A stretch of DNA of 38,362 nucleotides from Octopus bimaculoides (GCF_001194135.2 NC_068995.1:9698387-9736748), one strand, 5' to 3'. Positions 1 through 11,334 are shown, counted from the stretch's first letter. Notes: a model not told the origin generated them from the letters alone. Numbers and translations are program-made.

Positions 1-235
1 TATATATATATATATATGTGTATGTGTGTTTGTGTGTCTGTGTTTGTCCCACCCATCATCGCTTGACAACCTATGCTGGTGTGTTTACATCCCTGTAGCT
101 TAGCGGTTCGGCAAAAAGAGACCAATAGAATAAGTAGTAGGCTTCCAAAGAATAAGTCCTGGGGTCGATTTGCTTGATTAAAGGTGGTGCTCCAGCATGG
201 CCACAGTCAAATGACTGAAGCACGTACAGGAATAG
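1..235 (+). mobile_element. SINE family A, 3' half (window starts in its internal TA/TG microsatellite)
   Basis: Matches the 3' half of the full copy at 7147-7552 (gtcccacc-atcgcttgacaac-gctggtgtgtttac ... gaataagtcctggggtcgatttgc ... gctccagcatggccacagtcaaatgactga). Confidence 0.85.
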
Positions 236-439
236 AAGAATACAAGAATACACAACCCTCGTGTAGGATCTATATGAGCCCCAGTTTGTTAAACTCATGA
301 TCTTAACGTCATGGGTTCAATTCCTGGTCCACCTACTAAATGATATCAGCTCATTCCTTATGTTCCCTTTGATGATGTCAGGCTGAAAGCTTGCAGCCCC
401 AAGTCAAAGATAAACCAAGTCCATATATCTTGTATTAAT

Positions 440-580
440 GAATCTTGTATTATCTCATAGCTTCAAGATTTTGATGATGTGACTGTCTATTTTTAGAATG
501 ACATTGTTGGGTAAATGCGAGAAGCCAGATCTGGCCAGTTTGCATATGAAACGGATATGGCTGGTTTAAATGCTAAAGGG
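440..580 (+). mobile_element. Partial copy of a piggyBac-like MITE
   Basis: Reverse-complement similarity to 22120-22326; ends aatgctaaaggg. Confidence 0.5.
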
Positions 581-616
581 ATAATCTGTGTCAGTTGTTA
601 AGTTGCAGATATATAA

Positions 617-780
617 TTTTTTATCTTTTACTTGTTTCAGTGATTGGACTGTGGCCATACTGGGGCACCACCTCGACGAGTTTTTAGTTGGACAAATGAA
701 CCTCAGTACTTATTTTTTAAAGTCTGGTGCTTATTTTGTCAGTCTTTTACTGAACTGCTAAGTCATTGGGACATAAATAG
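617..780 (-). mobile_element. SINE family A, 3' fragment
   Basis: cttttacttgtttcagtgattggactgtggccatactggggcacc is the reverse complement of the family A tail. Confidence 0.7.
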
Positions 781-1433
781 ATAGAGATTGCCAAGTAATG
801 AAGAGAGGGCCTATCAGTTGCCAGTCTTCATCTGGTTTGACCTTTGGCCCCCTCGATCTACACAAGGCCGTTATGTCAATCTATTGGAACAGATTGAGGA
901 TTCACATAAGGCTACTATAGCTATTGGAACTGGTTGAGGGACTAGAGGTGCTATAGCCAAGTAGACCATGTTAAGGGACTACCCTAGAAACCAACACTGT
1001 AAATATATGGATGTATATATGATATTATACTAAGGAATGTTTTGGCTGCTATTTCAAGCAGCCGTGTATGAGGATGGCAGAATGAGTGGATTGAAGGACA
1101 AAATGTTCTTCGGAAATCCCTTTATATTCAGGACATAAATCGTGTTGAAACCCACTTTATCTTTCATCCTTCTGAGATCAATTAAAATAAGTACTGGGAA
1201 GTTAATGTAATTAATTATTACATTAAAAATCAATGCCTGCTCCAGCATAGCCACATTTTAATGACTGAAGCCAGCAAAGAAACAGGAGTGCCAAAGAGGA
1301 TGATGAAGTACCGTTATGCATTCATTCTCTGGGAATCTGCTTAGAGCAAGTTCTTCTCTTCTGCCTCTCTTTTCTTTTTGCTGCCCCCATACAAACCTAC
1401 CAGAGATGTTTTGTTTTGTTGTGTGTTCATAGG

Positions 1434-1836
1434 TGCTTGTGGTCATGTCGGGAGATCCGCCTTGCGATGAAATGCTGTATTTACCAGGCCCTTGTCTGAA
1501 CAGTTCTCCTCTATGGTTGTGAGGCCTTGCGAATACGTGTTGCTGAGCTCCAGAAGCTGGAGGTCTTCAATTGCATTTTGTACTGACTTTACGCTCACTG
1601 TGGTCTCTCACTTCTTGAGAGAACTCTTCTGATGAGGAGACTATGGTGGTTTGGTCAGGCATTGCAATGCCTACATGACAAACTTGTCCAGAGGGTAAGA
1701 GCACCAGACCCACCTCTAGGTTGGCGTAGGCAGAGAAGTGGTCAGCTGAAGCCATGTTTCATAACTTTCAAAGCAGATATGGAGCTCATTTCCAGGCCTT
1801 GAGTCTTTGGCGTTTATCGATGGAACTGGGAATGGC
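1434..1836 (+). pseudogene. Degenerate RTE-clade LINE reverse transcriptase C-terminal fragment
   Basis: My translation gives CLWSCREIRLAMKCCIYQALV*TVLLYGCEALRIRVAELQKLEVFN ... MRRLWWFGQ ... PPLGWRRQRSGQLK, then after a frameshift ADMELISRP*VFGVYRWNWEW. The LLYGCE, RLxWxG and GWRRxRxGQ motifs are typical of RTE LINEs. Stops and a frameshift are present. Confidence 0.85.
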
Positions 1837-1875
1837 GCCAACAGACGTGCATCAACCACTTTGACCCATGACTCG

Positions 1876-1985
1876 ACAAGGCTTTGGTCAGCCAGCCTAG
1901 GGCTATAGCAGAAGACACTTGCCCAAGGTGCCACACGGTGGGGTTGAACCTGACATCATGTGATTGAGAAGCATACTTCTTACCT
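1876..1985 (-). mobile_element. SINE family A, 5' head fragment
   Basis: Contains gaagacacttgcccaaggtgcc and gagaagcatacttcttacc, the reverse complement of the family A head. Confidence 0.75.
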
Positions 1986-2545
1986 TAAAACCACTCCAAT
2001 ATNNNNNNNNNNNNNNNNNNNNNNNNNNNNNNNNNNNNNNNNNNNNNNNNNNNNNNNNNNNNNNNNNNNNNNNNNNNNNNNNNNNNNNNNNNNNNNNNNN
2101 NNNNNNNNNNNNNNNNNNNNNNNNNNNNNNNNNNNNNNNNNNNNNNNNNNNNNNNNNNNNNNNNNNNNNNNNNNNNNNNNNNNNNNNNNNNNNNNNNNNN
2201 NNNNNNNNNNNNNNNNNNNNNNNNNNNNNNNNNNNNNNNNNNNNNNNNNNNNNNNNNNNNNNNNNNNNNNNNNNNNNNNNNNNNNNNNNNNNNNNNNNNN
2301 NNNNNNNNNNNNNNNNNNNNNNNNNNNNNNNNNNNNNNNNNNNNNNNNNNNNNNNNNNNNNNNNNNNNNNNNNNNNNNNNNNNNNNNNNNNNNNNNNNNN
2401 NNNNNNNNNNNNNNNNNNNNNNNNNNNNNNNNTCTTCTTATTTTCACCTGTGAAATGCAGGTGCTTTTCTCACTCTTTCTTCTTTTCTCTCTTTGAATCT
2501 AGTTTCGCTCAAGTTTTATTTATATGCAATGCAACTATATTTAAA

Positions 2546-2548
<3 letters not shown>

Positions 2549-2582
<34 letters not shown>

Positions 2583-2920
2583 ATGTGTGTGTATATTTAT
2601 GTGTGTGTGTGCATATATGTGTGTGTGTGCATATGTGTTTGAGTGTGTGTGTGTGCATGTGTGTGTGCATGTGTGTGTGCATGTGTGTGTGCATGTGTGT
2701 GTGCATATATGTGTGTGTGTATGTATATATGTGTGTTCGTGTGTATGTTTTTGTGTGTGTGTATATATATGTGTGTGTATGTGTGTGTGTATATATGTGT
2801 ATGTGTATATATGTGTGTGCATATATACATGTGTGTGCATATATACATGTGTGTGTTTATATATATGTGTGTTTATGTGTATATATGTGTGTGTGTGTGC
2901 GTATGTGTGTGTGTGTATAC

Positions 2921-2976
<56 letters not shown>

Positions 2977-2988
2977 ACGCACACGCAC

Positions 2989-3027
<39 letters not shown>
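2549..3027. repeat. Compound (TG)n-(TA)n-(CA)n microsatellite
   Basis: Directly visible in sequence. Confidence 0.95.
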
Positions 3028-3028
<1 letters not shown>

Positions 3029-3144
3029 GTATTAAATTTGCCTCTTGATTGTTTCAATGTTTTATATCACATTCTTGTGAGTGATATTGTCATTGGCTGC
3101 AGGTTTCCAATAAACAATTCACTTGTTCACTGCAGTTAGTAAGA

Positions 3145-3146
<2 letters not shown>

Positions 3147-3188
<42 letters not shown>
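3147..3188. repeat. (AG)n microsatellite
   Basis: Directly visible in sequence. Confidence 0.95.
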
Positions 3189-3191
<3 letters not shown>

Positions 3192-3339
3192 GTGTGCAAT
3201 TAACTCTGTTGGAATAAATATCACAAATGGAAGAAGTATCACAAAAGACTTTTGTCTGAAAGCGCTGGTTTATCTTTCTTCTTTTCAGTGTGTATCTTTT
3301 GTTGATCTTCTCTCGCTCACTCTCTCTTTATCATCATCA

Positions 3340-3570
3340 TCATCATCATAGTCATCATTTAATGTCTACCTTCTATGCTGGCATGGCTTGGATGGTTTGA
3401 CAGGTGCCAGCCAGGTAGAAGACTACCCCAGGTTACTTTGTCTGTTTTGGCACAGTTTTACGGCTGGATGCCCTTCCTAACACTAACCACTCCACAGAGT
3501 GGACTAAGTGCTTTTTATGTGGCACCAGCTCAGGCGAGGTCAGTTTTGACATGGCTTTTGCAGTTTTGGC
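3340..3570 (-). mobile_element. SINE-like family F copy with (GAT)n tail
   Basis: catcatttaatgtctaccttctatgctggcatgg ... acggctggatgcccttcctaac; reverse complement of 20108-20270. Confidence 0.75.
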
Positions 3571-3609
3571 ATATGTGTGTGTGTGTATATATACATACAC
3601 ATATACATA

Positions 3610-3799
3610 TAGAACAAGTAGAAAGATAATTTTTTTTAACCCGTAAATACTGAACAATTTGTATAAAGGATAAAATGGCGCCAACAGACGTGCATCAAAA
3701 TTTGCTGGCAAAGTTTTCTGGTCTTAAAAAGATTTTATCCTTTATATAAACTGTTCAATATTTACGTGTTGAAAAAAAAAAATCTTTCTACTTGTTCTA
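3610..3799. mobile_element. Fold-back / MITE-like element with about 67-bp inverted arms
   Basis: Arm 3610-3676 versus the reverse complement of 3732-3799 shows about 7 differences in 68 positions; 55-nt spacer; TA at both outer ends. Confidence 0.75.
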
Positions 3800-3881
3800 C
3801 AATATATTTCAATGCTTCAAAAACTGACTTATGTTTGTTTACATATGACATTATATATATGTATATATATATATATATATG

Positions 3882-4032
3882 GGGGTGGATTAAGAAGTTT
3901 GCTTCACAACTATGTGGTCTCAGGGTCAGTCCCGTTGTCTGACACTTAGGACAAGGGCCTTTTACTATAGCCCCAGGCTGACCAATGCCTTGTGAGTAAA
4001 TTTGATAGATGCAAAATAAAAAGAAGCACATT
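3882..4032 (+). mobile_element. SINE family A, degenerate 5' half
   Basis: taagaagtttgcttcacaac ... tactatagccccaggctgaccaatgccttgtgagt. Confidence 0.7.
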
Positions 4033-4079
4033 GTGTGTGTGTGTGTGTGTGTGTACACACACACACATACATGCACATG

Positions 4080-4112
<33 letters not shown>

Positions 4113-4211
4113 GCTGTTCTGACCATATATATATATTGAAATATTTCCATCAATTGCTTCATGTTTTGAAATGCTTTAACTGAGGAAGGTCTTACAAAAT
4201 GGATGCACATT

Positions 4212-4460
4212 GTGTTCTTGAGCAAGATGCTTTACCTCATGTTGTTCCCATCCACTCAGCTGGCAAAATTGAGTCGTATTTGTAATTTAAAGGGCTGACT
4301 TCAACCCATTCGATGTTACACTGAATCTCCCTAGAACTTTGATAACAGCACATGCAAGTGACTGTGGAGTACACAGCCACTTGCATGTTAATTTCACAAG
4401 TAGGCTGTTCCATCGATCGGATCAACTGGAACACCCGTCATCATAACCGATGGGGAGCCA
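4212..4460 (+). mobile_element. SINE with family-C-type middle and family-B-type 3' end
   Basis: gtgttcttgagcaagatgctttac (C-like) joined to cagccacttgcatgttaatttcacaagtaggctgttccatcgatcggatcaactggaac (B-like). Confidence 0.65.
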
Positions 4461-5007
4461 GGCATATAAAACCGTAAAGCCAGGATGTATGAAAGATTCT
4501 TGACAGTTTCCATACAATCACTCATTGGTCAGATGATCCCTGTAGGTGGCATTAAAATCCACTTGTAGCATGTGAGTGTTAGCTCTCTGTGGAATACTCA
4601 TCCACATAGACTACAATTCAATATACAGGCAGTTCAGTTGGTTGAGCGAATGGAATACTAATCATTGAAACCGACAGAGGTTACATCCGTTCTTTTACAT
4701 CAACATGTTCCATGCTGTTTCTCTTACTTTACATAATGGTTTCTTTGCTCGGCAGAAGGCCAAGTTTTGTAAAGAGAGTTTATAGAGTTACTAGAAGATA
4801 TTTTGATTGATGCCGGATGTATGGGAAGGGAAGATAACTCTGCTAGTAAGATTTGATCTAAGAACAAGGTTTTTGACTCGAGGCAAGAACGTCATCAGCA
4901 ACAATGAATGTCTGCTTTTCCATGCTTGCATGGGTTTTATGACGGTTGTTTGAGGCAGATTGTCTACGGCTGGTTGACCCTCCTGTCGTCAACTTTTACT
5001 TGTTTCT

Positions 5008-5568
5008 GATCATCATTATTCGTCATCATTGTTCATCATCATTGTTCATCATTCATCATCATCATTCATCATCATCATCATTCATTATCATCATTCATTA
5101 TCATCATTCATCATCATCGTTCATCATCATCGTTCATCATCATTATTTCCCATCATTCATCATCAGCGTTCATCATCATCGTTCATCATCAGCGTTCATC
5201 ATCAGCGTTCATCATCATCGTTCATCATCATTATTTCCCATCATTCATCATCGTTCATCATCAGCGTTCATCATCATCGTTCATCATCATCATTCATCAT
5301 CATCGTTCATCATCATCATCATTCATCATCATCATTCATCATCATTATTTCCCATCATTCATCATCATTATTTCCCTATCATTCATCATCATTCATCATT
5401 CATCACCATCGTTCATCATCATCGTTCATCATCATTATTTCCCATCATCATCATCGTTCATCATCATTATTTCCCATCATTCATCATCGTTCATTATCAT
5501 TGTTCATCATTGTTCATCATCATCACCATCGTTCATCATCATCATCATTCATCCTCATCATCATTCAT
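5008..5568. repeat. (TCA)n-derived satellite with recurrent ATTATTTCCC and CGTT interruptions
   Basis: Directly visible; six ATTATTTCCC copies. Confidence 0.9.
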
Positions 5569-7146
5569 GAAAATGTTTGCGGCTGAAGATAGCTTTAAAC
5601 CATCCTGTCTATCAATTATACACTCATATAATGATGCAACGACAGTTTGTGTATAAAGCTTGAAACACGTGTACCGCGGAATCCTTTGTGTTCTGTTTTA
5701 ATTTTACGTTTTAATATATTCTTTCACCTCGGCCACTATCTGGCATATACAGGTGCTTACTACTTATCAAGTATTACCTCTAAAATTTACAATATATGTA
5801 TATATATATACATATACACATATGTGTGTGTGAAATCCAGGTATTCTTTATTGCATATGAATAAAACACCTTTTTTAAAAAATAACCCCCCAAAAAAATG
5901 ATGCTGGGAGGGAACTATTGAAGTATTGGATGAAATGCCTTGAAGTATCTAGTCAGGCTCTTTGGTTTCTGAGTTCAAACTCTGCCTAGGTGCTAATGGT
6001 CAGAGCTAACTGCCTGATCAGCATTGATTTTGAGGAAGATTTGTCTGCTATTTCTAGCTGATTGAGAGACCATGTACAGATTCTCTTGTTGACTTGACAA
6101 GGTTTTGCTTAAAATCAGATTTTTTATTCCTGTGGGATTATCCGATTTTTTTTTTTTCTTTTCAAAATCCAGGTATATTCTTTCTCGCATTCGAATAAAA
6201 CACCTGTTGAAGAAAAGAAGAAAAATAACCAAAAAAAAAAAAACAAGAAAGAAAGAAAATAAAAACAATAACCAGAAAAAAGACAAAACATTGTTCTTTA
6301 TTAGTTTTTCTTTTCTTTTATACTTTTTCACCTGTTAAATGTGGCAATAATGAATAGCATCTTAATTTCCATCAGGTGAAATGTAATTTCTAAGAAANNN
6401 NNNNNNNNNNNNNNNNNNNNNNNNNNNNNNNNNNNNNNNNNNNNNNNNNNNNNNNNNNNNNNNNNNNNNNNNNNNNNNNNNNNNNNNNNNNNNNNNNNNN
6501 NNNNNNNNNNNNNNNNNNNNNNNNNNNNNNNNNNNNNNNNNNNNNNNNNNNNNNNNNNNNNNNNNNNNNNNNNNNNNNNNNNNNNNNNNNNNNNNNNNNN
6601 NNNNNNNNNNNNNNNNNNNNNNNNNNNNNNNNNNNNNNNNNNNNNNNNNNNNNNNNNNNNNNNNNNNNNNAATTTCATTTTGACAAAATCATTTAATTGT
6701 CTAAAATACATTCGTTAAACTAATAGTCACTTATTACATAGTTCTTATTTTCTGTTCTTTATTTTTTTTACATTAATTCTTTAAAATAATTTTTTTTAAA
6801 TATAAATTTCATTTTAAGATAACAAAAAATAAAAAAAAAAATAAAACTAAACAAACTCAAAACAACTTGAATCTTTTTCATTTAATTTCTCTTTTGGCTT
6901 CTTTATTTTTTTTTTTATCATAAACAAAAATTTTTCCTTAAGCGAAAATAACGAAAGAATCTCTTATTAAATTTTTTTTGTCGTTTTCCTTATGTTTTTT
7001 TGTGGATTTTTTTTTTTTTTTGCTGTTTTACCATTGAAGACGTTCACTATTTTTCTTTTGTTTATACAAATTTGAACATTTGCATATACAGCTGGAGCAA
7101 TTTATCTTATTTATAATGATGATGATCATTCATTCAGTTGTTGCTA

Positions 7147-7552
7147 GGTGCAGTGCGGCTGTGTGGTAAGAAGCTTGCTTCCCAACCACATGGTTCCAGG
7201 TTCACTTCCACTGCATGTCACCTTGGGCAAGTGTCTTCTACTATAACCTTGGGCCTACCAAAGCCTTGTGAGTGGATTTGGTAGACAGAAGAAGCCCGTT
7301 GTACATATATATATATGTATATATGCATATATTTGTGTGTATATGTGTGTCTGCTTGTCCCCCCACCGTTGCTTGACAGCCGATGTTGGTGTGTTTACGA
7401 CCCCCGTAACTTAGTGGTTTGGCAAAAGAGACCAATAGAATAAGTACTAGGCTTACAAAGAATAAGTCCTGGGGTCGATTTGTTTGAATAAAGGCAGTGC
7501 TCCAGCATGGCTGCAGTCAAATGACTGAGACAAGTAAATGAATAAATGAATA
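7147..7552 (+). mobile_element. SINE family A, near full-length tRNA-derived SINE
   Basis: A-box-like ggctgtgtggtaag, B-box-like ggttcacttcc, CORE-like accttgggcaagt, internal TA/TG microsatellite, and tandem tail aaatgaataaatgaata. Confidence 0.85.
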
Positions 7553-7664
7553 TATAAGATATCTTTTGTATTTATTAACTCGTTGCATTTTGTGTGTGCT
7601 AAATGCTTAATTGCAAAACAGGAAAAGAGAGACCATTATATATATTTATATATCTGTGTGTATG

Positions 7665-7718
<54 letters not shown>

Positions 7719-7724
7719 AGCCGT

Positions 7725-7870
7725 AGAGCTGTACCAGGCTCCAGTCAGATTTGGCTTGGTTTCTACGGCTGGATGCTCTTCCTGATGCCAACCACTCCAA
7801 GAGTGTAGTGGAAGCCTTTTATGTGTCACTGGCACGGGTGCCCTTTACATGTCACCGGCACAGGTGCTTT
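7725..7870 (-). mobile_element. Family F fragment
   Basis: ccaggctccagtcagatttggc ... ttctacggctggatgctcttcctgatgccaaccactc. Confidence 0.7.
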
Positions 7871-8464
7871 TTATATGACCCCCACCCCACAACACTGGCC
7901 ACAACTATGCTTCCACTGGGCTCGATGTATCTTTTCAAAACAGCAAATTACCAAATAATACTAATTCTGACTTGCTCCTAGCAACAATTCAGCAATGGGC
8001 TGGGGTCATGCTGGAGCTCTGTCAACAGCTTAATATGAACCAGTATGCCATGAGAAGGGAAGAATTTATTCCTTAATATTTCAAGAAGGATCATGTTGCC
8101 CTTGTATGTCTCGTATCTTAAAACCATTCTGTGATTAGATTTTTCAAGAAATATACTCTACATGTGTTTCAATTAATCTTCAAAACTAATTAAGGATTTG
8201 GAAGGAAATAGTTAAAATAACAAAGTTGTTTCTTTCTTTCTTTTTTCATTTTTTATTAGTTTTTTTTTTTTTTTTTTTTTTTTTTTGTGAAACTTGAACC
8301 TTTCCGTTGAGATTCTTATATTACAAGAATCTTTTGTCAAGTTCTGTTTCAATGGGAAACCCTTCAGAAACATGATCCTGTTTCATAGAGCCGGTGGTGG
8401 TCTCAGGGGTGGGGGGTTAATTTATTGGAATTAGAAGTGTTAAACCGAAACAAGTCGGTGTTTA

Positions 8465-8784
8465 GATCATCATCATCATCATCATCATCATTATTACAAG
8501 CATCATTGTCAACATCCTATTCTTTAATCACCTTCCTCCTCCTCCTCCTCCTCCCTCCCCTTCACTCCTCTCCTCTGCCTACCACCTTGTCCTTGTCCTA
8601 CTCCTCCTCCTTGTCTTCTTCTTTGTCATCCTTCATGACTTCTTCAACATCTCCTCATCATGATTATCACAATCATATTCATCTTCAAATCCTCTTACTC
8701 ACCATCATCATCATCCTCATCATCGTAATATTTGTCATCATAATCACCATCCTGCTCGCCATTGACAGACATCTTCCTCCTTGC

Positions 8785-8818
<34 letters not shown>

Positions 8819-8910
8819 GTCACCACCACTGCCACCACCGTTTCCGTCATCATAACAACCGCCAACGTATTCCTCATTGTCTTCATTGTAATTGCTTGCC
8901 CTTATAATCA
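8465..8910. repeat. CAT/CCT trinucleotide low-complexity block
   Basis: Directly visible in sequence. Confidence 0.85.
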
Positions 8911-9840
8911 TTTGGCAATTTGATCAAGATATATATATGTATGTATATACATGTATATATATATATAGATAGATAGATATATGTGTGTATATGTATAAAA
9001 AACAAAAAAAACGTAAACCCCAAAAAACAAAAAAAATTGGAACTACATTGTACCATAGCCCATCCTTGTTGATTTTAAACCTTCCTCCTCACACCATACC
9101 ACCTACTCATCCTGCCAGCTCCTTAAAATCTGTGTGTGTGTTTGTGTGTATGTGTGTGTGTTCATGTGTGTGTGTGTGTGTGTGTGTTTGTTAATTTATC
9201 TCCAGTGTTTTCTTTTACTAGTTCAACATTCCTGTGCACACTATTGCACAATGTATAGACATATGTGCGTGCGTATGTGTATATATATGTGTGTCTGTGT
9301 GTGTGTGTATACATATATATATATAATGATGATGTGTCTGTGTGTTTATATATTGATATGATGTGTGTGTTTATATATATATATGATGTATGTGTGTGTG
9401 TGTATGAAAATATATATGTATGTGTATATGTTTGTGTGTTTGTGTGTGTGGGCATGTTTAACATATGTAGTTTTATCTTTATACATCTCTCTCTCTCCAC
9501 ACACGTTGGTAACAAGACATACAGATTTCACAAGGCATATGTAAATTCTTTTAATGAAGGGCATTTATCTGCTGAGTGAGAGTGCTCTACAACTGGTTAG
9601 CAATTAGTTGGGGATTATGACTAACCTCCGTATGTCTATCTCTCTCTCTGTATGACCGTCTGGTCTTTGTTTCTAGCCATTATGTATCTAGAACCTCATA
9701 TTGCAATTCCATCTTACTTCTTCCTAGGCTTCTTGGTTGTTATTTGAGTGATATTTGGCTGCTCTTTCTCTCCACAGTTCAAATAAGAGTTTTATACAGA
9801 TGTTAATGCTGCAGTTTTCTCTAATACGTAACACGTATTC

Positions 9841-10135
9841 CATTATTACCTCCGCCTCAGTGAAAGTGAAAGTATTGTTTTCAGTCGTGTTTGTTTGTTT
9901 GACATTGGACAAAATATCTCAAGAACCGCTGGGTGGATTCAGATGAAACTTTCAGGGATGTTGGACCTCATGACTGGCACAAACTGATTAGATTTTGGGA
10001 TCGATCCGGTACCAGACAAGGATTCTAGATTATTTTTCCAGTTTTTTTACTTAATTTTTGAGAACTGTCAGGTTCATTTTTAGCATTCTCGTTTGTGAGA
10101 GCAGTCGAGTTTATTTCAAATATTCTCATTTTAAA
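9841..10135 (+). mobile_element. Non-autonomous Helentron/DINE-like element (tentative)
   Basis: Starts ttattacctccgcc, followed by a short (gttt)n run and atatctcaagaaccgctgggtggattcagatgaaactttcaggg. The layout resembles Helentron-associated interspersed elements as I recall them; unverified. Confidence 0.45.
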
Positions 10136-11334
10136 AATCAGCAACCTGCATAGCAACAACTGGTCTTATAAAAAACTACAAGAACTGTGGCTCCTGTCAA
10201 ATTTTATAGCACTCCCTTCTTCAAACTCTAGTGCCATCAGCAACCTACACAGAAATGGTTTGGCATTTAAAAGCTTACAAATTATGCAACTGCTTCTAAA
10301 AGAAAAGGATTAGCGGATATTACCAAAGTTTTACCCTTGGGGGTTTTTATTTTAAAAAAAGCATTTCAATGCATTTTTCTCTAGNNNNNNNNNNNNNNNN
10401 NNNNNNNNNNNNNNNNNNNNNNNNNNNNNNNNNNNNNNNNNNNNNNNNNNNNNNNNNNNNNNNNNNNNNNNNNNNNNNNNNNNNNNNNNNNNNNNNNNNN
10501 NNNNNNNNNNNNNNNNNNNNNNNNNNNNNNNNNNNNNNNNNNNNNNNNNNNNNNNNNNNNNNNNNNNNNNNNNNNNNNNNNNNNNNNNNNNNNNNNNNNN
10601 NNNNNNNNNNNNNNNNNNNNNNNNNNNNNNNNNNNNNNNNNNNNNNNNNNNNNNNNNNNNNNNNNNNNNNNNNNNNNNNNNNNNNNNNNNNNNNNNNNNN
10701 NNNNNNNNNNNNNNNNNNNNNNNNNNNNNNNNNNNNNNNNNNNNNNNNNNNNNNNNNNNNNNNNNNNNNNNNNNNNNNNNNNNNNNNNNNNNNNNNNNNN
10801 NNNNNNNNNNNNNNNNNNNNNNNNNNNNNNNNNNNNNNNNNNNNNNNNNNNNNNNNNNNNNNNNNNNNNNNNNNNNNNNNNNNNNNNNNNNNNNNNNNNN
10901 NNNNNNNNNNNNNNNNNNNNNNNNNNNNNNNNNNNNNNNNNNNNNNNNNNNNNNNNNNNNNNNNNNNNNNNNNNNNNNNNNNNNNNNNNNNNNNNNNNNN
11001 NNNNNNNNNNNNNNNNNNNNNNNNNNNNNNNNNNNNNNNNNNNNNNNNNNNNNNNNNNNNNNNNNNNNNNNNNNNNNNNNNNNNNNNNNNNNNNNNNNNN
11101 NNNNNNNNNNNNNNNNNNNNNNNNNNNNNNNNNNNNNNNNNNNNNNNNNNNNNNNNNNNNNNNNNNNNNNNNNNNNNNNNNNNNNNNNNNNNNNNNNNNN
11201 NNNNNNNNNNNNNNNNNNNNNNNNNNNNNNNNNNNNNNNNNATTGTAAGTAAAATAAGTTTAAGATTGTACCAACATTATTTTGTTTAAATTGAAAATTT
11301 ACGGCACAAATGATCATTGAACAAAAATTTATTA

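Noticed and set aside
881-956. Degenerate 40-nt tandem duplication starting ctattggaac
   Set aside because: Only two diverged units with no further structure.
5832-6204. About 40-nt degenerate direct repeat (aaatccaggta...gaataaaacacct) at about 5832 and 6164
   Set aside because: Short, AT-rich and with no sign of element ends; probably an old local duplication.
9761-9830. Strong-looking acceptor ctctttctctccacag with a downstream GT
   Set aside because: Two frames stop and the third gives no recognisable peptide; such sites are common in AT/CT-rich DNA.
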